Source: an uncultured Chthoniobacter sp. (GTDB lineage: Bacteria; Verrucomicrobiota; Verrucomicrobiia; Chthoniobacterales; JACTMZ01). From it: a stretch of 64,000 nucleotides of DNA. Each line of letters opens with the position of its first letter. Position 1 is the stretch's first letter. Location of the stretch: NCBI GenBank assembly GCA_964609925.1, contig CAZSUJ010000008.1, positions 4,785-68,784 of the forward strand. Reading direction: 5' to 3'. Under the pieces are notes generated by a model that worked only from the letters and a program-made list of their open reading frames with translations, was not told where the DNA came from and ran no database searches. This document shows positions 53,801 to 64,000 of the stretch, piece by piece. The position numbers and the translations under genes were made by a program.

Positions 53801-55484
53801 TCATGAGTTCGCGCCCCATACCCCACCATTGCGGCCCCTGTCCGCTCATGACGAAGGCGACGCGGGGGGCGGGTTCGCCGTGCGGGGTGAAGGACGTCTT
53901 GATGCCGGGCGACACGCCTTCCGCGGCGAAGGCCGTCAGCTCCGCGGAGAGTTGCGTGAAATCCCGCACGGGCAGCGTGAGGCGGTGCGAGTGGTGGTTG
54001 CGCCGCACGCCGAGCGTGTAGGCAAGGTCGGCGGGCGAGGCATCCGGCCCCGCCTCGAGCCAAGCCGCGAGGTTCCGCGCGGCGGTGCGCAGCGATTCCT
54101 CCGAGCGAGCCGAGAGCATGACCGGCCAAGCGCGGGAGTCGGCGGTCGTTGCGGGCGGTTGCTCCGCGGCGGCGGGCGGTTCCCCGACGATGGCGTGGGC
54201 ATTGGCCCCGCCGAAACCGAACGAGTTGACCCCGGCGACCCTCGGGCCGCCGCCAACGGCCGGGAAAGGCTCGACGCCCGTCGGCACACGCAGGCGCCAC
54301 GCCTCGAAGTCGATGTGCGGGCTCGGCGTCTCAAAGTGGAGACTCGGCGGAATGAGGCCGTGGCGGACCGCGAGCGCCGCCTTGATGATGCCGGCGATCC
54401 CCGCCGCGGTCTCGAGGTGACCGAGGTTCGTCTTGACCGAACCGATGGTCAGGGGACGAGGACGATCCTCGCAAAGAGCCCTCGCCAGCGCGTGGGCCTC
54501 GATGGGATCACCAACCGCGGTGCCGGTGCCGTGCGCTTCGACGTAGCCGACATCCGAGGGGCGGACGCCCGCGACGCGGCAGGCTTCGACGACGAGCCGC
54601 GCTTGCGCTTCCTCGCCGGGAAGCATGATGCCGTTCGTGTGGCCGTCCTGATTGGCCGCGGTGCCAAGGATGACGGCATAGACGGGATCGCCATCGGCCA
54701 GCGCGCGCGACAACGGCTTGAGCAGGACCATGCCGGCGCCCTCGCCGCGCACGAATCCGTTCGCGCCCGCATCGAAGGCGCGGCAACGGCCGTCCGGCGA
54801 AAGCATCGAGGCCTGCGAGAAACCGATGAAGCCGTCCGGCGTGATCATGACGGTCACGCCCCCCGCGAGCGCGGCCGCGCAGCGTCCGTCGCGGAGGTGC
54901 TGGCAGGCCACATGGACCGCGGTGAGGGCGGACGAGCACGCGGTATCCATGGCGATGCTCGGGCCGGTGAGGTTGAGGCAGTAGGAAATGCGGTTGGCGG
55001 CGATGCTGTGGGCGTTGCCGGTGGGCGAATGCGGGCTGATTCCGGCGCGGTCGGCCGTTCCGCCCTGGATCATCTGGTAGTCGGTGTGCGAGATGCCGGC
55101 GAAGACGCCGATGTCCGTGCCGTTGTCGTGGTCGAGCACGATCCCCGCGTCCTCGATGGCCTCCCAGGATGTCTCGAGGAGGAGGCGCTGTTGCGGATCA
55201 ATGTAGGGCGCCTCGCGGGGAGAGATGCCGAAGAACTGCGGATCGAAGAGGTCGATGCCGTCGATGAACCCGCCATGGCGGGCCATGGATTTGCCCGGGA
55301 TGCCCGGCTGGGGGTCGTAGAAACGGGAGACGTTCCAGCGGTCCGGCGGGACCTCGACCACCGCGTCGCGCCCCTCGAGGAGGAACTTCCAGAAATCCGC
55401 GGCGCTGTTGAGTCCGCCGGGGAACCGGAGGCCGACGCCGATGATCGCGATCTTTTCGTCCTGCATTTCCTGAAGCTGAAGCAC
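47820..55484 (-). CDS. type I polyketide synthase, KS-AT-DH-cMT-ER-KR-ACP, no TE
   Basis: KS (DTACSSAL, EAHGTGT, NLGHLE), AT (GHSVGE), DH (HRVDNHIVFPAAG), MT (ILEVGAGTGG), ER (LVHSGAGGVGMAAIQ), KR (YLVTGGFGGFG) and ACP (LGLDSLMGVE). The start is either GTG 55484 or ATG 55466. Confidence 0.92.
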   Translation of the reverse strand: MLQLQEMQDEKIAIIGVGLRFPGGLNSAADFWKFLLEGRDAVVEVPPDRWNVSRFYDPQPGIPGKSMARHGGFIDGIDLFDPQFFGISPREAPYIDPQQRLLLETSWEAIEDAGIVLDHDNGTDIGVFAGISHTDYQMIQGGTADRAGISPHSPTGNAHSIAANRISYCLNLTGPSIAMDTACSSALTAVHVACQHLRDGRCAAALAGGVTVMITPDGFIGFSQASMLSPDGRCRAFDAGANGFVRGEGAGMVLLKPLSRALADGDPVYAVILGTAANQDGHTNGIMLPGEEAQARLVVEACRVAGVRPSDVGYVEAHGTGTAVGDPIEAHALARALCEDRPRPLTIGSVKTNLGHLETAAGIAGIIKAALAVRHGLIPPSLHFETPSPHIDFEAWRLRVPTGVEPFPAVGGGPRVAGVNSFGFGGANAHAIVGEPPAAAEQPPATTADSRAWPVMLSARSEESLRTAARNLAAWLEAGPDASPADLAYTLGVRRNHHSHRLTLPVRDFTQLSAELTAFAAEGVSPGIKTSFTPHGEPAPRVAFVMSGQGPQWWGMGRELMRAEPVFRDMMLACAEAMKPHAHFDLLEELGRDEKSTRLGETEVGQPAIFAMQMALSALWQSRGVRPSAIVGHSVGELAAACVAGILPMEEAARIIVIRAQAMSGCARHEGAMLAVGLDAEGAADLIARHDPAASVAAFNGPRSLTIAGLRTSLEAMAAELESREVFNRFVRVQHPFHHAMMRPAAETLESALQGLRPSDEQIPFFSTVTGMRCAGADCTASYWAAGIRQPVLFTGAVAALAEHGVDVWLEISAHPALALSVQECLGAAGRTASVVSATRREREQEADVEAALDLHRMGVAVDFAAMTPSRRLLSLPSYPWNKARWWHESSEMRHSRLAPGGRGLLDARLPRSVPTWTARLDERHLAYLRDHRVDNHIVFPAAGFIEMALEAGVEIFEGRPFAVEDLEIRKPLILPDPADSVLLELAYDPTERTFTVQSRFEPSTTWSVHVVGSLRGERTESAFEATRWIPPGGDLDPADIEEHYEHKRGKGLPYGPEFRAASELHARGGESCGLIALTENSARRAGEYAVHPVLLDGALHVFSAAARTVESRGVKLKLPVRFGRILFLRPLGASGRVRASVTQCSEEVTGGRIGIYDDEGEPCVLIDGFRAMALTSARRAGSATGEGRELVYHLDWERLKSAVPRTPLIPVPLGELHSVAAEALDAVLALRGRERLESVLAWEDDLAASQVAAGLVAMGVQPGRGFSAESLGVAAGMRPVFTRLMEKLGRRGLVDGTGPGSWRASDALGRLAEKASQDLRDFLGAAPGHLSEAMLCAATGADFGPIMRGDKDAVQVLFAGAGTDLLEQFYGDGLFTAHWLAGLAAAVRRAAAALPDGRGLRILEVGAGTGGLASYVLPQLERGLHHYTFTDVSTGFFPPAQQKLAAFPEVEFRVFNLERPPEDQDFEPGAYDIIIGTNVLHAVADVRASLAGLHRLLAPGGTLMFMDVATPRLWTEAIFGLTSGWWSLKDRDLRPEHPLLARERWEELLRETGFVETASLPGLRDADDGEGQVGVLARKAWDAPAALPEDESSPEDLSWVVFADRSGIGAWLADWLRARGASCRLVLQGDGFASAGDEVIMHPGDPTHWEQLAAELASGNPPQRFVYLWSTEPAGVEQSLGMDDMLQLARLLDGFAPAARIRLDLVTRGAQPAGRDCPPVPPVAGAVLGFFRVFLSEHPHVACRAIDLPASPGADDLGALTRELLSREPEREVALRGEARYVQRFARGLEVAEQELPDTVPLRLESRERGSLDSLKFTAFAMPVCGHGEVLIRTRAAALNFRDVLKGLGLYPAETADARMYGDEVAGEVVAVGEGVHHVKPGDSVFGLAVFGLATHTLARAADVRPMPEGMTYEEAATIPVVFMTSWHALSTVARLRAGETVLVHSGAGGVGMAAIQIARHLGAKVIASAGSPAKRALLTTLGADHVIDSRRGDFAERVMELTGGRGVDVVLNALAAEAIPMGLSCLAESGRFIEIGKRDIYQNARLPLWHLRRNASFHVVAMDAVFAGDESLTRDLMGTIAGLMETGALRPLPYRSFPPARVDAAFRLMAAGKHSGKVILGFAEPLIPRRSEPLRTAFEVDPNATYLVTGGFGGFGKVLARWLAKRGAQHLVLTGRKGAEAEGAPEFLAELRSSGTDALAVAADVGTAGGVAAVMEAVRTSGRVLKGVFHLAMVIDDAPLADLTPGRMATVMRPKALGAWLLHEATTGMDLDAFVLFSSVSSVFGNPGQANYAAANAFLDSLAHHRRALGLPALAVNWGVLGGDGYVARNEKVAEYLLRQGTAALDPAEVTALLETFLDARTPQAAALRVDWGKWRQAFRGLQENPLIERILATETEEAETTGPAGDWRARIEAAPAEGREAVIVQALQHIVGSVLRVKPDSLRPDQPLTDLGLDSLMGVEIENLIETSIGVTLPPASLMRARTIGQIGSLIHSHLGGASPEPSPAAVPGPSAGEADVADVDLAALSESELDDILADADADTPRKPSPAGMS

Positions 55485-55490
55485 CGGCGG

Positions 55491-56816
55491 TTACGGTTCC
55501 GGATGCGCCTTGATGAAGGCGGAGAACCAACGCCCGGTCGGCTCGAGGATGCGGTCCTTCGTCACCGGGTCGTAGCTGAAGAGCCCGAACTGGCCGTGCC
55601 AGCCCTCCTTCCATTCGTAATTGTCCACGAGGGTCCAGGGGAAGTAGCCCCGCACGTCCACCCCGGCCTCCATGGCCCGGCGCATCTGCGCGATGTGCTC
55701 GCGGAGATAGCGGATGCGCTTGCGCTCGCTCTGCGTGCCGAGGCCGTTCTCGGAGATGATGACGGGCTTGCCGTAGCGTTTGTTCACGGCGGTGAGCACA
55801 TTGAAGAGCCCCTCGGGCACGATCTCCCAGCCGAGTTGGGTGTAGTCGGACGACATCTCGCCGTGGCCGCGGCTGAGGAAGCGCAGGATGCTGGCGTCCT
55901 GCGAGTAGTAGTAATTGACGCCGATCATGTCCATCGTGTCGGCCACCATGTCGAGGTGGTCGTAGTTCTGCCGCTGGACGATGTTGTAGATGAACTTGGT
56001 CGGGTCGAGCAGGACGCGGCGGCGCCATTCGGGCAGCGAGTAGATGCCGATGATGATCGCGTCCTTGCGGTGGGCGCGGACGATGGCGGCGGACTCGCGG
56101 AACATCTCCGCGGCCTCGCGCATGGCCTTCTTGTAGCCGAACGCGTTCAGGAGCAGCCCCGGCGGCCAGTGCCCGGCGATCCAGCCGAGTTGGAGGGCGC
56201 CGTTGGGCTCGTTCTGCGGCACGTAGATGCGGACCTGCGGGCCCATGGCCTTCACGACGCGGGTGACGTGGCGACGCCACGCCTCGCGGACATCGGGGTG
56301 GAGGAAGTTCGAGCGGCCCTTGTTTTTCGGATCGTAGAGCCAGTCGGGGAAGGTGAAGTGCCAGAGTGTGACGATTGGCTCGATGCCGGCGGCGCGGAGC
56401 TGGCGGGCCATGCGGACGTATTGGGCCAGGGCCTTCTCGTTGATCACGCCGGGCTTGGGCTCGACACGCGCCCACTCGACGCCGAAGCGGAAGTGGGTCA
56501 CGCCGAGTTGCTTGAGGGCGGCGATGTCCTTGTCGAACCGCGTCCAGGAAAACACCGCGTCGTCGCCGCGCACGGGCGCATGGCCCTCGACGCCGTAAAC
56601 ATCCCAGTCCGTCTGGAAATACATGGGCGAGCCGGGCTTCTCTCCGCGGTCCTCGTTCTGGAAGCTCGCGGTCGAGGTCCCCCACCAGAACCTCTCCTTC
56701 GGCAGGCGCTTGGTCACGACGGGGTCCGCGGGCGGATGGTAGGGACCGGGCGGCGTGACGCAGCCGGCGAGCAACAGGCATGCGGCGACTAGGATGATTG
56801 CTCCGGCTTGCTTCAT
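55491..56816 (-). CDS. glycoside hydrolase family 1 lipoprotein
   Basis: ATG 56816 inside ORF 55491..57089. Lipobox LLLAGC, acid/base YVPQNEPN and nucleophile VIISENG. Confidence 0.85.
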   Translation of the reverse strand: MKQAGAIILVAACLLLAGCVTPPGPYHPPADPVVTKRLPKERFWWGTSTASFQNEDRGEKPGSPMYFQTDWDVYGVEGHAPVRGDDAVFSWTRFDKDIAALKQLGVTHFRFGVEWARVEPKPGVINEKALAQYVRMARQLRAAGIEPIVTLWHFTFPDWLYDPKNKGRSNFLHPDVREAWRRHVTRVVKAMGPQVRIYVPQNEPNGALQLGWIAGHWPPGLLLNAFGYKKAMREAAEMFRESAAIVRAHRKDAIIIGIYSLPEWRRRVLLDPTKFIYNIVQRQNYDHLDMVADTMDMIGVNYYYSQDASILRFLSRGHGEMSSDYTQLGWEIVPEGLFNVLTAVNKRYGKPVIISENGLGTQSERKRIRYLREHIAQMRRAMEAGVDVRGYFPWTLVDNYEWKEGWHGQFGLFSYDPVTKDRILEPTGRWFSAFIKAHPEP

Positions 56817-56842
56817 GGGCGCGAGACTATTTACTGGGCACC

Positions 56843-57757
56843 ATGTTCGCAAAGCCTCAACTGGCCGCACTCGCCCTGCTCGTCGCCGCCCTTCCCGCCG
56901 CTGCCCAGACCCCGCGCAGCCCGACGCCCGACCGTTTGGAGATGAAGGACGGCTCGGTGCTCCGGGGCATGATCCTGCGCAACGAAGCGAACGCGGTCCT
57001 TTTCCAGACGACCTCCGGCGAGCGCCTCGTGTCAAAGAACGACATCCGCCGCATCCACGAGGAAGCCGATCGCGACATCTACCTCGCACAGGTCACGGCG
57101 CCGGGCCGCCTGCCCTCATGGATGGCCATCCTCCACGACTTCCGCGACCATGACTCGATCTGGCGCGTCCAGTTCATCCCGTCCGTGCGGCACGATACCG
57201 GCGAACTGCGCAACATCCCCTACCTCTCGTTCAACGTGAACCGCCAGGGCGTGATGAACATCTACGGTCCGCCCGAGGACCCGGTGGCGATCCAGTTCGG
57301 CATCTTCGGCAAGCGCGGCCGCAGCGACAAATACCACCAGATCGTGCGCGAATTCCTCGGCGGTCACCTCAACAGCCGCCGGGCGATCGCCACGCTCTAT
57401 TCACTCTCGCTGCGCGGCGACAAAAAGGCGGCCGACGGCCTCGTCTTCATCATCACGCCGCCGAGCCAGCCCGAGTCGCACGGCGGTTGGTGGCTCACCG
57501 TGGCCGACGCCGACCGTCTCGAGGGGGCCCGCGTCCCGGACGCGAAATACGCCGCGGCGACCCGGCCGTTCGAGGACGTCTTCCACAAGGACGGCACCCT
57601 GAGGGAGGACAACGCCCAGAGATTCGACCAATGGCTGGTCGGCACACTCACGCGCCTGCCCAGCCAGTTCCCGAAAATCCGCGGATTCTACCGCGACGAG
57701 CAGGGGACATTCCGCCTGATGCAACTCGACACGCCCTGGTTCTCGGCCGGGCTATAG
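56843..57757 (+). CDS. hypothetical secreted protein
   Basis: ATG 56843 inside ORF 56798..57757 gives the signal MFAKPQLAALALLVAALPAAAQ. No family was recognised. Confidence 0.5.
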   Translation: MFAKPQLAALALLVAALPAAAQTPRSPTPDRLEMKDGSVLRGMILRNEANAVLFQTTSGERLVSKNDIRRIHEEADRDIYLAQVTAPGRLPSWMAILHDFRDHDSIWRVQFIPSVRHDTGELRNIPYLSFNVNRQGVMNIYGPPEDPVAIQFGIFGKRGRSDKYHQIVREFLGGHLNSRRAIATLYSLSLRGDKKAADGLVFIITPPSQPESHGGWWLTVADADRLEGARVPDAKYAAATRPFEDVFHKDGTLREDNAQRFDQWLVGTLTRLPSQFPKIRGFYRDEQGTFRLMQLDTPWFSAGL

Positions 57758-58924
57758 GTTGTCGTCGAAGACGGCCACGGCCGACTCGGTCAGCCGCTGC
57801 CAGAGCGGGCGGCGCGCCCAGGCAGCGGGCTTCACCTCGCGCGCGCCGTGCAGGTCGCGGGCGAACATGGCGCGCATCGCCCCGCCGGTGGCGGCATCGG
57901 CCAGGAGGAGGTTGAACTCGTAGTTCCTTGTCATCGAGAGCGGGTCGAGGTTGCTCGATCCAACGAGCACAATCTCGCCGTCGGCCACGGCCGTCTTGGC
58001 GTGGACCATGACGCCGCGCCACTCGTAGATGCGTGCGCCCGCGGCCATGAGGCCGGCATAGCGGCGGCGCGCCGAGGCGGCGGCGAAGGGATGGTTGTTG
58101 TTGCCGGGCAGCAGGAACCTCACGTCCACCCCGCGCCGCGCCGCCGCCTCGAACGCAGCCACGACCGGCCCGGGCGTGACGAGGTAGGCGTCGGTGATCT
58201 CGAGGCTGCGCCGCGCCTGCTGCGCCAGCCAGATGTAGATGCCGGCCACGCGGTGCGCGCCGGGTTGGTCGGCCGCGACCATCCCGCACGGGGCGGGGGA
58301 CGGTTCGCCGGGCACGGCCGTCGCGTCCGCGTCCGGCACCGGCTCGTTCGCCGCGCGGCGCCACATCGCCTCGAAGGCCGCGGCCACGTCGCCGGCCAGC
58401 GGTCCTTGGACGAGCAAGGCCGTGTCGCGCCAGTCACGCCCCCCCTGCCAGCGCGGAGCCCAGTTGTCGCTGATGCAAAGGCCGCCCACCACCGCGACCT
58501 TGCCGTCCACCACGAGTGTCTTGCGGTGGTCGCGGTGGCGGATGCGCGGCCATGTCCACGGCGCCCACGGCAGGACCGGCGAGAAGGCCCGGAACGGCAC
58601 TCCCTCGGCCGCGAGGTGACGCGCCACCGACCCGCCGCGGACCATCATGGTGCCCACGGGATCGTAGAGCACGCGCACCGCGACACCGCGCCTCACCGCG
58701 TCGCCGAGCGCTCGGGCGAACCGCCGCCCGGTCGCGTCGCCCGCGAAGATGAAGTTCTCGAACCAGACCGACTCGGATGCCGAGGCGATGAGGTCCAGCA
58801 TCGCCGGGAATGCCTCATCACCGTCGCGCAACACGCGCGCCCCCTCGACCGGACGCGCCGGTGCCGCCGCGAGTCGCGACAGCGCGGCAACCATCGAGGG
58901 CTCGAGGAACGATCCGCCTGTCAT
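57752..58924 (-). CDS. phospholipase D / cardiolipin-synthase-like HKD protein
   Basis: ATG 58924 inside ORF 57752..60358. HKD motifs HRKTLVVDGKVAVVGG and HAKTAVADGEIVLVGSSNLD. Confidence 0.8.
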   Translation of the reverse strand: MTGGSFLEPSMVAALSRLAAAPARPVEGARVLRDGDEAFPAMLDLIASASESVWFENFIFAGDATGRRFARALGDAVRRGVAVRVLYDPVGTMMVRGGSVARHLAAEGVPFRAFSPVLPWAPWTWPRIRHRDHRKTLVVDGKVAVVGGLCISDNWAPRWQGGRDWRDTALLVQGPLAGDVAAAFEAMWRRAANEPVPDADATAVPGEPSPAPCGMVAADQPGAHRVAGIYIWLAQQARRSLEITDAYLVTPGPVVAAFEAAARRGVDVRFLLPGNNNHPFAAASARRRYAGLMAAGARIYEWRGVMVHAKTAVADGEIVLVGSSNLDPLSMTRNYEFNLLLADAATGGAMRAMFARDLHGAREVKPAAWARRPLWQRLTESAVAVFDDNL

Positions 58925-59014
58925 GCCGGCGAAGATAGGCGGACGCGCCCGCTTGGCCAGCGCGCCCGTTTCCCGATTTGCCAAAACAGGCGCGCCCGGT
59001 AACCTTCCCGGTCC

Positions 59015-60459
<1,445 letters not shown>

Positions 60460-60463
<4 letters not shown>

Positions 60464-62064
60464 AGCCTGCGATCCGCCACGCCGCCGCCCTCGCCGCCGC
60501 GGTCCTCCTGCTCATTCCCGGCCCCGCCCGCGCCATGGAAAGCTTGCGCGACTACTTCGCAGCCAAGCCATCCCCCTCGCCCACCGAGGCGGGTGCGCCG
60601 GCCGCCACACCCCCTCCGGCCACCCCGGACGCCTCTCCGACACCTCCCCCGTCGGCCTCCACACAGCCACCCGTCGTCCGCGTCAACGTGGCCAGCCAAT
60701 CCCCGAGCTTCACCCAACCCTGGCGCAAGTCGCCCCCGTCCATCCGCCAGGGCCTCGGTGTCGTGCTGGTGGACGGCCGCATCCTCGTGACCGCCGAGCT
60801 GGTCGCCAACCATACCTACGTCGAACTGGAGAAGCCCGAGACCGCGCTCAAGGCGGCCGCACAAGTCGAGATCGTGGACTACGACGCGAACCTCGCCATC
60901 CTCGCCGCCCCGGCCGCCGAGTTCCTGCAGAAGATCCCCGGTGCGAAGCTCGACGAGACCGCCGCCGTGGGCGACCGCGTGGAAATCCTCCAACTCGAGG
61001 CCAACGGCCGCCCGGTCAGCACGGCGGCGACCATAACGACGATCGAAGTCGGCCCCTACCCGATGGATGAGAGCGCGCTGCTCCTCTTCCGCCTCAGCGT
61101 TCCGCTGCAGTCGCGCGAGAACAGCTTCACCGTCCCCGCTTTCCGCGACGGGCGGCTCGTCGGCCTGCTCATGCGCTACGACCCGCGCACGCAGACGGCC
61201 GACGTCGTCCCGGCCCCGGTCATCGCGCAATTCCTCCGCGCGGCCGAGGCGAAGCCCTACGCCGGGTTCCCTCGCGTCGGCCTCGGTTTCTCCGACACGC
61301 GCGACCCGCAATTGCGGCGGTTCGCCGGTCTGCCCGACGGCACCGGCGGCGCCTACATCACGAAGGTCACTCCCGGCTCGCCCGCCGAGGCGGCCGGCCT
61401 GCGTGTCGGCGACATCCTCCTGCGCGTGGGCGACCGCGTCATCGACCAGGACGGCAACTACGAGGACCCGCGCTTCGGCCGGATCTCGCTCGCCCACCAT
61501 GTCTCCACCGTGCTCCAGCCGGGCGAGGAGGTGCCGTTTGTCGTCTGGCGTGACGGGGCCGAGACCACTCTCACGGCGAAGCTCGCGCCGCGCGACCGGG
61601 CGGACATGATCAGCGAGCCCTACATCTTCGATGAGCCTCCGAATTTCGTCATCGTCGGCGGCATCGTCTTTTCGGAGTTGTCCCGCCAGTTCCTTCGCGA
61701 ATGGGGGCCGAACTGGCCGCGCGAGGCGCCGCTGCGCCTCGTCTATCTCGACCGCTACCAAAGCGAACTCCCGGCCGACCGCGGCAAGATCGTCTTCATC
61801 AGCGCCGTGCTGCCCGGAACGAACACCGTCGGCTACGAGCAGCTCGGGTTCGAGGTCGTCGAGGAGGTCAACGGCAAGCCGATCCGCAGCCTGCGCGACT
61901 TGGCCGACGCCGTGGACAACCCGCCCGACAAATTCCACCGCATCAAGCTCGCCGAGGATCCGGGCCTCATCGTGCTCGACGTCGAGGGCAGCAAGGCCGA
62001 GGAGGAACGCATCAAGCGCGACTACCGCCTGCCCAACCTCCGCCAGCTCCCGCCAGCCCCCTGA
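60460..62064 (+). CDS. secreted HtrA-like paralogue with PDZ domain and degenerate active site
   Basis: GTG start overlapping the upstream stop. PDZ-like GAYITKVTPGSPAEAAGLRVGDILLRVGD. The Ser-box position reads RENSFTVP instead of GNSGGP. Confidence 0.65.
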
Positions 62065-62076
62065 CCACACCAACCC

Positions 62077-63405
62077 ATGTCATCACCCGTCCGCGTCCGC
62101 TTCGCCCCCTCGCCCACCGGCTTCCTCCACGTCGGCGGCGCCCGCACCGCGCTTTTCAACTGGCTCCACGCCCGCCACACCAGCGGCACTTTCGTCCTGC
62201 GCATCGAGGACACCGACCGCGAGCGGCACAACGAGGAGGCCGTGCGCGCGATCTACGACGGGCTGCGCTGGCTCGGTCTCGATTGGGACGAGGGCGCGGA
62301 GAAAGGCGGCGACTTCGGCCCCTACTACCAGAGCGAGCGCGGCGCCATTTACGAGCGCTACCTCGCCATCCTCCAGGACAAAGGGATGATCTACGAGGAC
62401 GCCGGCGCCCTGCGGTTCCGTTCGCCCCGCGAGACCGTGGTCGTGGAGGACGACGTGTGCGGCTCCATTCCGTTCGACCTCTCGAACCCCGGCACGCACC
62501 CGGACATGACCGTGCGCCGCCCCGACGGCTCGTGGATCTTCCATTTCGTCAACGTCGTGGACGACATCGAGATGAAGATCACGCATGTCATCCGCGGTGA
62601 GGACCATCTGTCGAACACGCCCAAGCACATCGAGCTTTACCGCGCCTTCGGCGTCCAACCGCCGCATTTCGCCCACATCCCGCTCATTCTCAATCCCGAC
62701 GGCACGAAGATGAGCAAGCGCGATCAGGGCGCGAGCGTCCAGAGTTACATCGAGCAGGGCTACGCCCCCGAGGCCGTGCGCAACTACCTCTGCCTGCTCG
62801 GATGGTCGCCCAAGGACAACCGCGAGATCCTGCCCATCCGCGACATCATCGAGTTGTTCGAACTCAAGAACATCAACCGCCGCAGCGCCGGGTTCGACCT
62901 CGACAAGTGTTTCTGGATGAACGGGCAATACCTCATCCAGATGAGCCTCGAGCGTTTCGCCGACCTCAGCCTGCCCTTCATCGAGAAGGCCGGTATCGCC
63001 TACGGCTCCCGCGCCGCCCTCCTCCCGGCCCTCGCCTTGGTCAAAGAGAAGGTCAAGCACCTCACCGACGTGCCCGGGTGGATCGAGTTTTTCTTCAACG
63101 ACAACTATGCGTTCGACGAGGCCAGCGCGGACAAGGCCCTGCGCTCCCCCGGGGCCATCGAGCGCCTGCACGTCCTCGGGGACCAACTCGGACGCGTGGA
63201 CCCATGGACGGCCGACGCCATCGAGGCGTCCTTCAAAGAGCTCGCCGCCACCTTGGGCGTCAAGACGGCCCTGCTCGTCCACCCCGCCCGCGTGGCCGCC
63301 ACCGGCCGCAGCGTCGGCCCCAGCCTTTACCACCTGCTCGAACTCCTGGGCCGCGACCGCGTCCTCGCCCGCTTCACCCGGGCCCGCGAGACGTTCGGCG
63401 GTTGA
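62077..63405 (+). CDS. gltX: glutamate--tRNA ligase
   Basis: HIGH-type PSPTGFLHVGG, RIEDTD and KMSKR. Confidence 0.9.
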   Translation: MSSPVRVRFAPSPTGFLHVGGARTALFNWLHARHTSGTFVLRIEDTDRERHNEEAVRAIYDGLRWLGLDWDEGAEKGGDFGPYYQSERGAIYERYLAILQDKGMIYEDAGALRFRSPRETVVVEDDVCGSIPFDLSNPGTHPDMTVRRPDGSWIFHFVNVVDDIEMKITHVIRGEDHLSNTPKHIELYRAFGVQPPHFAHIPLILNPDGTKMSKRDQGASVQSYIEQGYAPEAVRNYLCLLGWSPKDNREILPIRDIIELFELKNINRRSAGFDLDKCFWMNGQYLIQMSLERFADLSLPFIEKAGIAYGSRAALLPALALVKEKVKHLTDVPGWIEFFFNDNYAFDEASADKALRSPGAIERLHVLGDQLGRVDPWTADAIEASFKELAATLGVKTALLVHPARVAATGRSVGPSLYHLLELLGRDRVLARFTRARETFGG

Positions 63406-63772
63406 GCCGGGCGCAACGCCTCGCTGTCCACCATCCTTCCCGTCTGGCCGCGTTATCCGACCAGCCCTCCGGGCGGCGAGAGCGTCGGAACGCCTGCGGG
63501 ACATCCTGTCGTCCGAACTCCGCGGCAAACACCGCTTCGGGGATGACCCACTCGACAGCCGCTCACGCCGCGCTCCCGACAGAGAAGAAACGCCCCAATG
63601 TTACTTTCTGCAGAAAGTGCAAATGTCTGTCTTTGCACCCAAAGCGCAAGAACTCGGCTTGGTGAACCACGGGGAATGCGGCGGTGAGGGTCGGTCGTTG
63701 TTCAGCCGGCCAGTGTTCAGGCCCCGTCAACCGGGAAAATCCAGGATCGCCGCTCCGAAATTGGCAGGATGA

Positions 63773-64000
63773 TCAACCGAAGCGTCCGGTGACGTAGTCT
63801 TCGGTCCGCTTTTCCTTGGGCTTGGTGAAGATGGTGCGGGTGGCGCCGAATTCAATCAGCTTGCCGAGGTAGAAGAACCCGGTGAGGTCAGAGCAGCGGG
63901 TGGCTTGCTGCATGTTGTGCGTCACGATGACGATGGTGTATTCGCGCTTGAGCTCGTTGATGAGTTCCTCGATGCGCGTCGTGGCGATGGGATCCAAGGC
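63773..64000 (-). CDS. pstB: phosphate ABC transporter ATP-binding protein (C-terminal part, truncated by the window end)
   Basis: ..[41 protein letters not shown] is the characteristic PstB C-terminus. Confidence 0.85.
   Translation of the reverse strand, partial: ALDPIATTRIEELINELKREYTIVIVTHNMQQATRCSDLTGFFYLGKLIEFGATRTIFTKPKEKRTEDYVTGRFG

Noticed and set aside
52674-56792. 1,372-aa plus-strand ORF, together with similar long ORFs at 44797..47127, 49794..52271, 47994..49706, 40238..42223, 38711..39976, 42783..43409 and elsewhere.
   Set aside because: These are antisense shadow ORFs. They are typical of 70%-GC DNA, which has few stop codons. Their translations are low-complexity Arg/Gly/Ala/Asp/Val-rich strings with no motifs. 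The opposite strand encodes proteins with unambiguous catalytic motifs (PKS, GH1, ABC transporter, dehydrogenase).

Overview
This is one stretch of a high-GC bacterial chromosome. Two hand-counted 60-nt lines gave 70% GC at 40021 and 40% at 33241. I support about 50 protein genes and saw no rRNA, tRNA, CRISPR array, integrase or transposase. PEP-CTERM, lamin-tail/CotH and PA14 proteins suggest a Verrucomicrobiota-like organism, but that is inference only. All family calls come from motifs read by eye in the supplied translations; no database was searched.

Housekeeping genes:
- HpnD-like squalene/phytoene synthase
- argC-argJ-argB operon
- bioF, pepF, a PAS histidine kinase, hisF, a cell-wall amidase
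- an ECF sigma / YciI / TetR cluster
- cls, gltX and partial pstB

Accessory content:
1. A roughly 12.5-kb island (about 26.1-38.7 kb) sits at the 3' end of a PA14 / sugar-dehydrogenase / cytochrome c gene. It carries a tightly packed co-directional array: hsdR, DUF3800, hsdM, hsdS and a 1,274-aa ORF. The only motif I recognise in that ORF is a C-terminal Mrr/PD-(D/E)xK-like nuclease signature. A convergent cytoplasmic trypsin-like protease follows it. The last two genes lie in a block of much lower GC and are my best candidate for an undescribed defence module.
2. Decayed copies of the host gene's 3' end mark the island edges and internal joints, which suggests serial insertions.
3. There are three recognisable type II toxin-antitoxin cassettes (Phd/VapC, antitoxin/RelE, DUF433/DUF5615). 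Two of them are bracketed by direct repeats.
4. A 14-kb minus-strand operon encodes a GH1 lipoprotein, a fully reducing methylating type I PKS without a thioesterase, a stand-alone condensation domain, a desaturase, a MacB/LolD-type ABC exporter and a LolA-like protein.
5. A 169-bp direct repeat occurs twice, exactly 2,100 bp apart, around cls.
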